Shown here one piece after another: positions 30,886-39,983 of a stretch of DNA of 64,000 bases. Position 1 is the stretch's first letter. Each line of letters starts with the position of its first letter. Source of the stretch: Candidatus Lindowbacteria bacterium RIFCSPLOWO2_12_FULL_62_27 (GTDB lineage: Bacteria > Lindowbacteria > 2-12-FULL-62-27). The stretch covers positions 1 to 64,000 of the forward strand of contig MFPR01000014.1 in NCBI GenBank assembly GCA_001784175.1. The letters run 5' to 3'. The notes below the pieces were generated by a model, which ran no database searches, was not told the origin of the DNA, and saw only the letters and a program-made list of their open reading frames with translations. Made by a program: the position numbers and the translations under genes.

Positions 30886-31764
30886 CTAGAGTTCGATCGT
30901 GACGCCTTCGGTGGCGGCGCCGATCTTCATGGACGAGCCGCGCTCCTTCAGATACTGGCGGGAATCCTCGAGTATCTTGTCGAGCTGGTCGTCCGTCCGG
31001 TTCGGATCGTGATGGGTGTAACAGAAATGCTTGACGTTGGCCTTGATCCCCATCTCCATGCACTGGACGGTGCTGGTGTGCCCCCAGCCCTGCTTCATTT
31101 TGTATTCGTCCGGCGTGTACTGTCCGTCCCAGACGCAGAGGTCGGCGTCGCGGACGAAATCGACGATGCGGGTGTTCAGGTCTTCCGCGATGTTTTCGGC
31201 GTCGGGGTCGCCCTCGGAGCCGAAGACGTTGTAAAAGGGTTCGGTGTCGGTGCCGAAACAGAAAATCTTGCCGCGCGGTGATTCAAAGCGGTAGCCGAGA
31301 CACAGCACGGGATGGTTCAGATACCGCGTGACGACTTTCAAGCCCGCCTCCTCAAAGGTGCCTTCCTTCAAATCCACGTACTGGATGTTCGCGGCCATGT
31401 CCTCCACCCGGACCGGAAAATACGCGTACTGCGTGTGGCCGACCATGACGTCCTTCAGGCTCTGCTCGTAGTGGACCGGGCCCTTGAAGGTGAAGGCGTT
31501 TCCGGGGATGTAGGCGGGGACAAAAAACGGGAAGCCGCAGATGTGGTCCCAGTGCGTGTGAGAGAGGAGGATGCTGCAGTCGAGTTTTTCCTTGCGGGCC
31601 AGGCACGCGTCCCCAAAAACGCGCAGGCCCGTGCCGCCGTCCAGGACGATCAATTTGTTCTCGTCGGTTCGAAGCTCAATACAAGTGGTGTTGCCGCCAT
31701 ACCGGACGGTCTTCGGCCCCGGCGAAGGGACCGACCCGCGAGTGCCCCAGAAGGTGATCTTCAT
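30886..31764 (-). CDS. Metallo-beta-lactamase-fold hydrolase (phosphodiesterase-like)
   Basis: FWGTRGS, YGGNT, SHTHWDH, WGH, THHDP. Confidence 0.85.
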   Translation of the reverse strand: MKITFWGTRGSVPSPGPKTVRYGGNTTCIELRTDENKLIVLDGGTGLRVFGDACLARKEKLDCSILLSHTHWDHICGFPFFVPAYIPGNAFTFKGPVHYEQSLKDVMVGHTQYAYFPVRVEDMAANIQYVDLKEGTFEEAGLKVVTRYLNHPVLCLGYRFESPRGKIFCFGTDTEPFYNVFGSEGDPDAENIAEDLNTRIVDFVRDADLCVWDGQYTPDEYKMKQGWGHTSTVQCMEMGIKANVKHFCYTHHDPNRTDDQLDKILEDSRQYLKERGSSMKIGAATEGVTIEL

Positions 31765-31779
31765 TCTGCTACGAGAATA

Positions 31780-32640
31780 TTATCCGCCGGCGGTCTTCAG
31801 GAAGGACATCGCCTTGTTCAGTTCCTCTTCCAAGTGGCCAAGTGTTTCTGTAATCGTGGCCTCGTCGATGCCGAGCTTGGCCATGATCTCGGGCGCGGCC
31901 GGGGCGGCGGAACCTCCGGGCATGCCATAGGCGTTCTGGTTGCAGATGATGTTGGACACGTACACGGAGAGGACAAGCTGGGCATGCTCGCCCGCGATCT
32001 GGGGATCGTGATGTTCCTCGATGACGGCGACGAGATTGTCGGAGATTTTCCAGTGCCGGCCGAGGGCGGCGCCGATTTCGGCGTGCGTGGCGCCCAGGAT
32101 GTCGCGTTCGGCCTCCTCCAAGGTCGCCCCCGCCTGGATCCGGGGGGCGATCTGCTCGAGCTTGTCGGGGAAAATCTCGACGATGACGATTTCGCCGATG
32201 TCGTGGAGAAGTCCGGCGATGAAGTATTCCTCGCGGAAGCGGCGGTCCACGCCCATTTTTTCGGAGAACTTCTTGCACATCACGCCCACGGCCATGCAGT
32301 GCTTCCAGTATTTGTCCATGTCGAAGAGCTTGTGCTTGGTCTTGGAGAACTGGCCGATGACGGCGGTGGAGATGGCGAGGTTTTTGATGGTGTTGACGCC
32401 GAGGAGAATGATGGCGCGATTGAGGTTCGTGATCTGGTCCGGGAGGCTGAAATAGGCGGAATTGATCAGCTTGAGGACCTTGGCCGTCAGGACCGGATCG
32501 ACCTTGATGACGTTGGACAGATCGTTCGGCGACGCCTTGAGATTGTTCGCCACCTCCATGACCTTCGCCACGGACGTGGGCAGGGAGGGAAGCTTGTCGA
32601 CGTTCGCAATAATCTTGTCAATGGGCAACATGGTCGTCAC
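31780..32640 (-). CDS. HDOD-domain protein
   Basis: LPSLP, DPVLTAKVLKLINSA, WKH, GLLHDIG, HH. Confidence 0.88.
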   Translation of the reverse strand: MTTMLPIDKIIANVDKLPSLPTSVAKVMEVANNLKASPNDLSNVIKVDPVLTAKVLKLINSAYFSLPDQITNLNRAIILLGVNTIKNLAISTAVIGQFSKTKHKLFDMDKYWKHCMAVGVMCKKFSEKMGVDRRFREEYFIAGLLHDIGEIVIVEIFPDKLEQIAPRIQAGATLEEAERDILGATHAEIGAALGRHWKISDNLVAVIEEHHDPQIAGEHAQLVLSVYVSNIICNQNAYGMPGGSAAPAAPEIMAKLGIDEATITETLGHLEEELNKAMSFLKTAGG

Positions 32641-33131
32641 CGCTTCTTTGTAGCAGAAATAATCTTTTCTTCAAGCGCATAGGCCTGAAATCTCAGGCGC
32701 TTGGCGTCCTCAAAGAGGCGCCGGGCCGGCAGGGTCCGGCCCACTTCCTCGATGACCCGGAGCGACTCCTTCAGGCGCTGGAGGTTGGCGGCCAGAAGCG
32801 CGTGGTAGGAGGGATACCGCTTTTCCTGCGCGTCGGCCAGGAAGGCGCCCGGATCGGACTCCACGTCTCGGGCCCCGACGAGCCGCCGGAGGCCGAACTT
32901 CGAACGAAGAAATGAGATGCGATGCCGGAGAACTTTGAGATCGACATGGCGAACGCCGGACACCGGAGACGGGCCCCGGGCAGCGGTTCCATTCCGCGGA
33001 CCGCCGAGCCGCAGGACGTCCTCGACGACGCGGCAGCCTTCGAGGGCGCGGTTGAAATTCGCGTCGAGAATCCGCAGGATCGGGCGGGCGGGATCGGATG
33101 CTCGCGGCGACGGCAAACGGCGGCGCTTCAT
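32637..33131 (-). CDS. ThiD2-like helical domain (N-terminal domain of cyanobacterial-type ThiE)
   Basis: RILDANFNRALEGCRVVED, ANLQRLKESLRVIEE, LRFQAYALE. Confidence 0.8.
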   Translation of the reverse strand: MKRRRLPSPRASDPARPILRILDANFNRALEGCRVVEDVLRLGGPRNGTAARGPSPVSGVRHVDLKVLRHRISFLRSKFGLRRLVGARDVESDPGAFLADAQEKRYPSYHALLAANLQRLKESLRVIEEVGRTLPARRLFEDAKRLRFQAYALEEKIISATKKR

Positions 33132-33502
33132 ATTGAGGATTTCTCCTTTTGCGGCTTCGGCGTCGACACGCCCTGAACGTTGACGTTGACCTCGCGAACC
33201 ATCAGCCCCGTCATCTCCTCAACGCGGCGCTTCACGCCCTGCTGCACTTTCCACGCCACGTCCTGAATTCGAACGCCAAACTCCACTTCAATCGACAAGG
33301 AAAGCGCCACGGAGTCCTCGCCCATCTGCACCGTGATGCCCCGCGTCGCGGCCTTCTTGCCGATCAACTCCGCAAGGCCCTCCCGGAGCGTGCCGTAGAG
33401 TCCATGGACGCCGGGCACCTGCATGGCCGCAATGCCGGCTGCCGTCGCCACCACCTCGTCCGAGATTTTGATCACTCCAAGTTCCTGCACGTTTTCGATC
33501 AT
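33128..33502 (-). CDS. Asp23/Gls24 family envelope stress protein
   Basis: GVIKISDEVV, VPGV, VEEMTGL.V..VNVNVQG; TTGACA-17-TAGCCT upstream. Confidence 0.9.
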   Translation of the reverse strand: MIENVQELGVIKISDEVVATAAGIAAMQVPGVHGLYGTLREGLAELIGKKAATRGITVQMGEDSVALSLSIEVEFGVRIQDVAWKVQQGVKRRVEEMTGLMVREVNVNVQGVSTPKPQKEKSSI

Positions 33503-33763
33503 TCGGCTCCGCTTTCAGATTGCGCATGAGGCTACCCCATCCGGGAGGTCGTGTCAACAAGGATTTTCGTGGGAAGGTAATGGCTCGGTCGAGGCCAAGG
33601 TTTTTGATTGAAGACTCAATATTCATCTATTCTCAATTTTCAAGTTTGAAAACTTGAGCATTGGTAATATTGAGCCTTCTCGAACCGGCTTTGACCGACC
33701 CCATACGAAGTTAAACTGCACAGGCCGATATGTATACTTTTTTATTTTGATAAAATAAAAAAC

Positions 33764-33792
33764 TTGACTTTTGTGGATTATGTGTGGATAAT
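33764..33792 (+). promoter_or_regulatory. Sigma70 promoter overlapped by DnaA-box-like 9-mers
   Basis: TTGACT-17-GATAAT; TGTGGATTA (33772-33780) and perfect TGTGGATAA (33783-33791). Confidence 0.55.
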
Positions 33793-33840
33793 GTGGGCAG
33801 AAAATGTGTCAACCTTCTCGCAGGAAAGGAGGTGAGCACG

Positions 33841-34128
33841 ATGTCCGGGACGATTCTTCTGGGGCTTGTGTGTTTGGTTGTTCCGGTGCTTTACAAGTAT
33901 GCCGGTCTGGGAACCCACAAGTACATCAAGATCGTGGGCATGTCAGGGCTGTTTTTTCTGCTGTCCGCGGTATTCGCCGACGGCATCTGGGTCCATGAGA
34001 CCCTGATGAAAATAGGCGTGCTGTGCAAGATGGGAACGTACTTTCTGGGATTCCTGGGGCTTCTGATCGGCACGATCATGGGAGCGCTGGACGTGATGTT
34101 TGAAACGGGCGAGATCACAACCCACTAA
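33841..34128 (+). CDS. 95-aa three-TM membrane protein of unknown function
   Basis: Strong AAAGGAGGTGA RBS before ATG 33841; own promoter and terminator. Confidence 0.75.
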   Translation: MSGTILLGLVCLVVPVLYKYAGLGTHKYIKIVGMSGLFFLLSAVFADGIWVHETLMKIGVLCKMGTYFLGFLGLLIGTIMGALDVMFETGEITTH

Positions 34129-34253
34129 GGATAGCAAACGCCCGGTGCGAGTGGAATGAGTTGCAGTTCCATACCGAGGCGGCGTGAAAACGGCGCCGCT
34201 CCAGGAACGGTTATCCGACGGATGTTCGCTCGGGGCCGGTCCTCAACCTGAGG

Positions 34254-34290
34254 AAAGGGTTCGCTGTGAGAAACGGCGAGCCCTTTTTTT
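34254..34290 (+). terminator. Rho-independent terminator
   Basis: AAAGGGTTCGCTGT-loop-ACGGCGAGCCC followed by T7. Confidence 0.8.
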
Positions 34291-34309
34291 GCGTCTTGAA
34301 AGACTTACT

Positions 34310-35425
34310 TTATTCCAAATGATCCCAGTTTCGGAAATGGAGCCGGCACCAGGTGTCGTAGACATCGAGCCAGTTGGCGAAGGACTCGCGGGAGTCGAGG
34401 TGCTGGAAGAATTTGTCCATGATCATGGTGTAGCCGGCGACGTAGTGGCGGCAGGAATGGCAGTCGATGTTGGCCACGCAACACTCGGCGTCGCTGTACG
34501 AAAAGTCCGTGTGATACTGCCGGTGATAGGGCTTGTTCAGGATCACGCAGTTGGTCGCCCAGCCGGTTTTGGCGTTCACCTCATAGCGGCCCTTCGGGTC
34601 GTTGATCCAACTGTTGTAATAGTGCGAGTAAACGACGGTTTCCCGATGATCGTCGAGGACGCGGTCGAGGATGTCGCGGACGCGCGCCAGGTCATCCGGT
34701 GTGAGCCGGAGGTTGTTGTCGGCGGTGCTGAACCGGAAGGTGCTGCGTTCGTCATGCTGGGAAGCGCCTCCATCCCGGAGTTTCGCGTTGTACTGGCGGG
34801 AGGGGCTGTAATGGTTGAATGAAATGCGGTTGCCGTTGTCGCGGCACATTCGGACGAGGTCCTGAATGAAATCGATGTTCTGGTGGTTGATGGTGTACAT
34901 GAAAATGGCGCGGGAATCCCCGGCGTAGTTCTGGATGCCGCGCTTGAACACCGGCGCGCCCCGGAACACCTTGTCGGTCTCCTCGTTGCCCCAGAGGGAC
35001 ACGTGGAGCATGAACGTGATTTCAGGATCGATCTTGATGGTGCCGTTGGTGTAGATCAGGCCGTTTTTCCAGAACCGGTTCGCCAGCCGCAGCCGGTCCT
35101 GGACCACGGCGGGCTCGGCGCCGGCAAAGTGCGGAAACGTGACGCCGCGCTCGGATTCCTTGCGGAAAAACTCCTCGTACTCTTCGATGGTGTGATTGTC
35201 CTGGTAGCCGGCGGAAAGATCGCCCTCAAAGAAAAAACAGCCCTCGCAGCGGAGGTTGCAGCGCTTGGTGATGTCGTACCCGGATATCACAATCTTGGGC
35301 GCGTGCTTGCGGATCTTGTAATAGGCCCGCGCCAGCTCCGGGTTCTCTTCCAGATACCGGTCCAGCCGGGTCTTCCGGCGAACCGGCGCAGCCTGCGCTG
35401 CGCGCTCCTCGAGTCGGACGTTCAT
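34310..35425 (-). CDS. Radical SAM protein with C-terminal Cys cluster
   Basis: CNLRCEGC, GAEP, YTNG; CC....CxxC near C-terminus; AGGAGG RBS before ATG 35425. Confidence 0.85.
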   Translation of the reverse strand: MNVRLEERAAQAAPVRRKTRLDRYLEENPELARAYYKIRKHAPKIVISGYDITKRCNLRCEGCFFFEGDLSAGYQDNHTIEEYEEFFRKESERGVTFPHFAGAEPAVVQDRLRLANRFWKNGLIYTNGTIKIDPEITFMLHVSLWGNEETDKVFRGAPVFKRGIQNYAGDSRAIFMYTINHQNIDFIQDLVRMCRDNGNRISFNHYSPSRQYNAKLRDGGASQHDERSTFRFSTADNNLRLTPDDLARVRDILDRVLDDHRETVVYSHYYNSWINDPKGRYEVNAKTGWATNCVILNKPYHRQYHTDFSYSDAECCVANIDCHSCRHYVAGYTMIMDKFFQHLDSRESFANWLDVYDTWCRLHFRNWDHLE

Positions 35426-35535
35426 CCGCAACTCCCTCCTTGCCTGAAAGCCCCCGTGACAGAAAACCGTCACAAAGACATTCGGATTTTATATCCTTTT
35501 CGGCGCGTAAAGTCAAGAAATTGAAAAAATAAAAT

Positions 35536-36639
35536 TCACCCCGGCGTGCGGGCGTGCGGGGTTGAGAGGATTTCGAGGACGGCGAGCGGCGCGGAGGCAG
35601 CGAGGTCGACCGGCTGCGGGGGGCGGTTTTTGGCGGCGACTGTGACGAGCGGGTGGAGGAGGTCCTTGGGGCGGCTTTCCGAGACGACGCCCACTCGGCC
35701 ATCCGAGAGTTTGACCGTGCAGCCGACCGGGAAGATGCCGATGATCTGGACGAGGCGGCCTACGACCTTCTGGTCGAACTTGTCCCGCTGCGCGAGCATT
35801 TCTTTGGCGGCCTTGTCCGGCGAGAACGGCGGGCGCCAAGGGCGGGGCATGAGGAGGGCCGCGTAGACGTCGGCGGCCGCCACGATCCGGCTCGGAAGAT
35901 CGAGGTCGGCGGCGACCTTGCGGTCCGGATATCCGCTGCCGTCCAGCCGTTCGTGATGGTCCATGACCAGCTTCACCAACGTTTCGGATGCGCCCTCCGT
36001 CCGGCGTAGAGCGCTGCACCCGAAGGCCGGATGCTTGTCGATTTCGGAGCGGAACATGCGGGTGAGAGGTTTGGGCGAGACCCACATGTGTTCCGGGACC
36101 TGGAGCATGCCGACGTCATGGAAGATCGCGCCGACGAAAATGTCCATGACCGCCGCGGCGGGCAGCCCGAGACCTTGCGCGGCCGCGACGCCCAGCACGC
36201 AGACGTTGTGGGTGTGATGGAAGAGGAAGTTTCCGTTGGGATCGCCGGCCACGAGGGCCGCGTAGGGCGATTCGGTTTTCAGGCGGCCCATGCACGCCTC
36301 CGCGAGGGACTTGATGTTGTCGATGTCCAGCTTCTTTTCCCGGATGCATTCCAGCATCACGTGGCGGGCCATGCTGATCCAGCCCTCCGTCGTGGCCATC
36401 GCGGCGTCGGTCTTCATTCCGCCGAACGTTTCGTCCACGCGGGCTTCGGGCGGAAGCTTGAGCCCCGGATCGTCCTGAATGACCAGATGCAGGATGTTCG
36501 CGTCGAGGATCGTGCGGATGAGGGCGGCGGTCAGGGACGTCCCGGAAGGCGCGAGGACCTGGCCCTTGTCGGACAGGACCGTCCGGCCGATGCGCATGCC
36601 GGGTTTCATGTAGGCCGTGTCGATCGTGCAGGTGCTCAT
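35536..36639 (-). CDS. HD-GYP cyclic-dinucleotide phosphodiesterase
   Basis: IFHDVG, HHERLDGSGYP, AADVYAAL..RPWR. Confidence 0.9.
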   Translation of the reverse strand: MSTCTIDTAYMKPGMRIGRTVLSDKGQVLAPSGTSLTAALIRTILDANILHLVIQDDPGLKLPPEARVDETFGGMKTDAAMATTEGWISMARHVMLECIREKKLDIDNIKSLAEACMGRLKTESPYAALVAGDPNGNFLFHHTHNVCVLGVAAAQGLGLPAAAVMDIFVGAIFHDVGMLQVPEHMWVSPKPLTRMFRSEIDKHPAFGCSALRRTEGASETLVKLVMDHHERLDGSGYPDRKVAADLDLPSRIVAAADVYAALLMPRPWRPPFSPDKAAKEMLAQRDKFDQKVVGRLVQIIGIFPVGCTVKLSDGRVGVVSESRPKDLLHPLVTVAAKNRPPQPVDLAASAPLAVLEILSTPHARTPG

Positions 36640-37652
36640 GCGGACGCGGAGGAAACACCGGGCGCCGATTGCAGGAACACGCGTCGCCCGAACCGGACGC
36701 GCGCCATCCGGCCGCCGGCCAACAGTTCGCGGACGGCCCGGTCGAAATTCGATTTGGGCAGGAGGAGGCTCCTGCGAAGCTCGGCGGGCGATTGAGGGCG
36801 GAGCGAGACGCTTCGGAGGATCCGGCCGGCGATTTTGGATTTTGGATTTTGGATTTTGGAGCTCACCCCTGACATCTCGCGCGGCCGCACGATGACGTCG
36901 ACCGCGTGGCCGCTCTGCCGCGCCACGCGCCGGGCCAGCATCGCCAGACGCGCGGCGGGCACCGGCCGGGCCTGGCTTTTGGCCGGCGGGCGGTCCACGG
37001 TGCCGATCTGAACGCGGTCGAGCCGCAAGGTCCGGAGGAATCGCGCGAGCGCGTCGACGTCCTCGATCGAGTCATTGATCCGCCGGACGAGGAGAACTTC
37101 CATCCATATTTTTCCCGGATGCTCCGCGCAAAATTGCCGGGCGCCGTCCAGATACCGGTCGAGCGTCAATCCGGGATGCGGCCGGTTCACCTTGCGCCAG
37201 GCCCGATCGGTCACCGCATCGAGCGACGGGACCACCAAGTCCGCGAGCCGGAGGTTCTCGCGAACGCGCGGCATCCACAGGAGCGATCCGTTTGTGATGA
37301 CCGTGAGCGGATAAGGACCGAGTTTTTTGAAGGTTCGCAGGATGTCGCCGAGGTTCGAGATCAAGGTCGGCTCGCCGGTGCCGGAAAATGTCACCGAGTC
37401 GAGATCGGCAGGGCCGTGGGCGCGGCAGAATCGGGCGTATTCCGCGTAGAGCGCGGCGGTCGGCTTGAATTCGATCAGCCGGAGCGCGTCTACGTGATGG
37501 ACGCGGACTTCGCAGTAAGGACACAGGAACGTGCATTCGCCGCGCAACAGGTCCACGCCGAGGGAGCGGCCGAGGCGGCGGGAGAGGACGGGGCCCACCA
37601 GAAAAACCGGAGATTTTGGATTTTGGATTTTGGATTTTGGATTGGAATTCAT
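36636..37652 (-). CDS. Radical SAM protein (COG0731-like) carrying two KIQNPKS repeat insertions
   Basis: GPVLSRRLGRSLGVDL, CTFLCPYC, SGTGEPTL, ITNGSL; ATG 37652 overlaps the surE stop. Confidence 0.85.
   Translation of the reverse strand: MNSNPKSKIQNPKSPVFLVGPVLSRRLGRSLGVDLLRGECTFLCPYCEVRVHHVDALRLIEFKPTAALYAEYARFCRAHGPADLDSVTFSGTGEPTLISNLGDILRTFKKLGPYPLTVITNGSLLWMPRVRENLRLADLVVPSLDAVTDRAWRKVNRPHPGLTLDRYLDGARQFCAEHPGKIWMEVLLVRRINDSIEDVDALARFLRTLRLDRVQIGTVDRPPAKSQARPVPAARLAMLARRVARQSGHAVDVIVRPREMSGVSSKIQNPKSKIAGRILRSVSLRPQSPAELRRSLLLPKSNFDRAVRELLAGGRMARVRFGRRVFLQSAPGVSSASA
36831..36860. repeat. (GGATTTT)n heptamer repeat in coding sequence
   Basis: Seen directly. Confidence 0.9.
37612..37646. 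repeat. (GGATTTT)n heptamer repeat in coding sequence
   Basis: Seen directly. Confidence 0.9.
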
Positions 37653-38428
37653 GGGAACAGTTTCCGGCACTCGGCGAGAAGTCTGCGGTCGGTGAGGTCC
37701 AGGTGGATGGGGGTGAGCGACACGCAGCCCCGCTCGATGGCCTCGATGTCCGTGCCGCGCTTTTTCAGGCTTTTGGGCTCGCCGACGATCCAGTAGATCC
37801 AGCCTTTGCGGCTGCGGCCGAGGGCCTGCGGCGCGCGGCGCCGGGCGATGGGATCGCTGTAGGTGCTGCGGCCAAGCGGAACGACGCGGACGCCGCGAAT
37901 GCGAGCGGCGGGGCGGGGCGGGAAATTGACATTGATGAAACTCCAGCGCGGAATCCTGAGGCGCCCGATCGAGGGGAGGACCGATTGGACGAAAAAGTCG
38001 GCATGGTCGTCGAAGTAAAATTCGCCGTCCCGGCCCGTCAGCGCCGAAATCGCGACGCTCGGGATGCCCTCCATGCAGCCTTCGGCGGCGGCCGCGCAGG
38101 TGCCGGAATAGGTGACGTCGTCGGCCAGGTTCTGGCCGTGATTGATGCCGGAGAGCAAAAGCGAGGGCCGGCGGTTTTTCAGGATCTCGAAAATCGCCAT
38201 CATCACGCAATCGGTCGGCGTGCCGTCCACCGCGTATTGGTCCTCGCCGAGGCGCCGGACCGTGAGCGGCCGGTGAAGGGAGAGGCTCCGGGAGGCGCCG
38301 CTGGCGCCGCGGTCGGGCGCCACCACGACCGGCCGGTATCCGGCGGCGCGCAGGGCGCGAGCGAGGGCCTGGAGGCCGGCGGCGAAGATGCCGTCGTCGT
38401 TCGTGAGGACCACCGTCTGCGCGTTCAC
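37649..38428 (-). CDS. surE: 5'/3'-nucleotidase SurE
   Basis: LTNDDG, GTPTDCV, SGINHGQN, YSGT. Confidence 0.93.
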   Translation of the reverse strand: MNAQTVVLTNDDGIFAAGLQALARALRAAGYRPVVVAPDRGASGASRSLSLHRPLTVRRLGEDQYAVDGTPTDCVMMAIFEILKNRRPSLLLSGINHGQNLADDVTYSGTCAAAAEGCMEGIPSVAISALTGRDGEFYFDDHADFFVQSVLPSIGRLRIPRWSFINVNFPPRPAARIRGVRVVPLGRSTYSDPIARRRAPQALGRSRKGWIYWIVGEPKSLKKRGTDIEAIERGCVSLTPIHLDLTDRRLLAECRKLFP

Positions 38429-38676
38429 CAGGTACCACTCTCCGACGCCGGTGCGCATTTGGAACATCCACGGATGAGTATCTTTTGCGGCGGCTTGGTG
38501 TCGACAATCAAACCTTTGAGGGTCTCGTTCTCCGCCAGCTCGCTCTTGCAGAGAGGACAATACCGCCGGGGTTTCGCCGCGCCCGGCACGCCGGGATGCA
38601 TCATCCAGATGAGGGCGGCGATGCAGGCGATGAATCCCGCCGCGAGGGCGGTAAGGACATAGACATTTTCCAGCAT
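38425..38676 (-). CDS. Small membrane-anchored protein with CxxC..CxxC zinc ribbon
   Basis: N-terminal TM, CPLC and CSKC; stop overlaps the surE start. Confidence 0.7.
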   Translation of the reverse strand: MLENVYVLTALAAGFIACIAALIWMMHPGVPGAAKPRRYCPLCKSELAENETLKGLIVDTKPPQKILIRGCSKCAPASESGTW

Positions 38677-38722
38677 GAGGAGAGAATACGACCGATTGGG
38701 GGAAGTTACAAGTTGAAGGCTG

Positions 38723-38989
38723 TCAGCCCACGCGCTTCTGGATCAGCGCCTCCGCCTGTTCGATCAAGAGGTCCGCCTTCGCTTTTCGGCGGGCGCTGTG
38801 GATGACGTGGCCCGCGATGTAGCCGATGAGGCCGAACGGAAGGAGTCCGAGGAAAACGATGCCCCAGAAAAAGCCTTTGGCCTGTTGAGGCTCAAGGTCG
38901 CCGTAGCAGACCGGGCAGGCCGAGGCGCCTGCCGTCAGGAGGAAGACCCCAAGACCGAAAACGGAAACCCATTTCAAGATCAGTTGCAT
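38723..38989 (-). CDS. Small oxidase-associated membrane protein with ACPVC motif
   Basis: Signal/TM, CPVC, second TM; follows the cox operon. Confidence 0.65.
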   Translation of the reverse strand: MQLILKWVSVFGLGVFLLTAGASACPVCYGDLEPQQAKGFFWGIVFLGLLPFGLIGYIAGHVIHSARRKAKADLLIEQAEALIQKRVG

Positions 38990-39040
38990 GGTTCGATTAT
39001 CTCGCACCCGAGCCATCCCCGCAAGCAGGCGGCCGCACGC

Positions 39041-39376
39041 TTAGTGGCGGACTCCCCCCAGGATGCCCGCGATGTCGGGGGAGATGAGGAAGATCAGGAT
39101 GCAGATGGCGACGAGGGCGAGGGCCACGACGCCGTAGATCCATTTGCCCTCGAATTTGAGATGCATGAAGAACATCGCGATGAGGCAGACCTTGATGATG
39201 GCGATGCCGGCCGCGATCGCGATGGCCGCCGGGCGCGGCACGTGCAGGGAGTTGGCCCAGACGGTGAGGACCGTGAGGACCGCGAGGGCGGCGAAGATGG
39301 CGATATAGACCCGGACCATTCTTTTGGGGTCGCCATGCGCGTTGGCCACGGCTGTGGACTGCGGGTCCTGGCTCAT
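39041..39376 (-). CDS. Cytochrome c oxidase subunit IV
   Basis: LAVLTVLTV, KVCLIAMFFMHLKFE. Confidence 0.85.
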   Translation of the reverse strand: MSQDPQSTAVANAHGDPKRMVRVYIAIFAALAVLTVLTVWANSLHVPRPAAIAIAAGIAIIKVCLIAMFFMHLKFEGKWIYGVVALALVAICILIFLISPDIAGILGGVRH

Positions 39377-39978
39377 AGCAGGTACAGGAGCGGGAAAAGG
39401 ACGACCCAGACGAGGTCGACGAAGTGCCAGTAGATGCCCGCGTATTCGACGCGCTCGCAGCGGCGCGGGGACCAGTGGCCCTTGAGGCCGCGGACCAGGA
39501 TATAGAGATTGAAGAGAACGCCGCCGAGGACGTGGATGCCGTGGAGGCCGGTCATGGTGAAGTAGAAGGACCCGTAGAGGCCGCTGGAGATCGTGATGCC
39601 CTCGTGCCACTTGTGCGGATACTCCCAGCATTTGACGGTCAGGAAAATCAGGCCGCAGGCGATCGTCGCCGCCAAGTACCAGATCATGCCTTTCGGGTTG
39701 TCCTGCTGGATCGACGCGAGCGCGAGGACCATCGTGACGCTGCTGACGATGAGGACGAGCGTGTTCACGAACGCGACCGGGACGCTGAGCATTTCGTGGG
39801 ACGGCACGATGAAGAGCGGGCTGCCAAGCCGGAGCACGATGTAGGAACTGATGAGACTGCCGAACAACATGACTTCCGACGCCAGAAAGACCCACATGCC
39901 GAGCTTGCCGTGCGGAACGCCGGTCGAGGTCGGCTCGTCGGAACTTTCCAGAATCCAAGGGGTCGAATAGGACGACAC
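39373..39978 (-). CDS. Cytochrome c oxidase subunit III
   Basis: GMWVFLASEVMLFG, TGLHGIHV, YWHFVDLVW. Confidence 0.92.
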   Translation of the reverse strand: MSSYSTPWILESSDEPTSTGVPHGKLGMWVFLASEVMLFGSLISSYIVLRLGSPLFIVPSHEMLSVPVAFVNTLVLIVSSVTMVLALASIQQDNPKGMIWYLAATIACGLIFLTVKCWEYPHKWHEGITISSGLYGSFYFTMTGLHGIHVLGGVLFNLYILVRGLKGHWSPRRCERVEYAGIYWHFVDLVWVVLFPLLYLL

Positions 39979-39983
39979 GGCGG

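Noticed and set aside
30886-30888. Genome-wide TAG recoding
   Set aside because: TAG ends several genes at the expected positions (lipA, coxB, ctaD, rodA).
33600-33800. Chromosomal origin (oriC)
   Set aside because: Only one perfect and one near-perfect DnaA box, and no dnaA/dnaN/gidA context.
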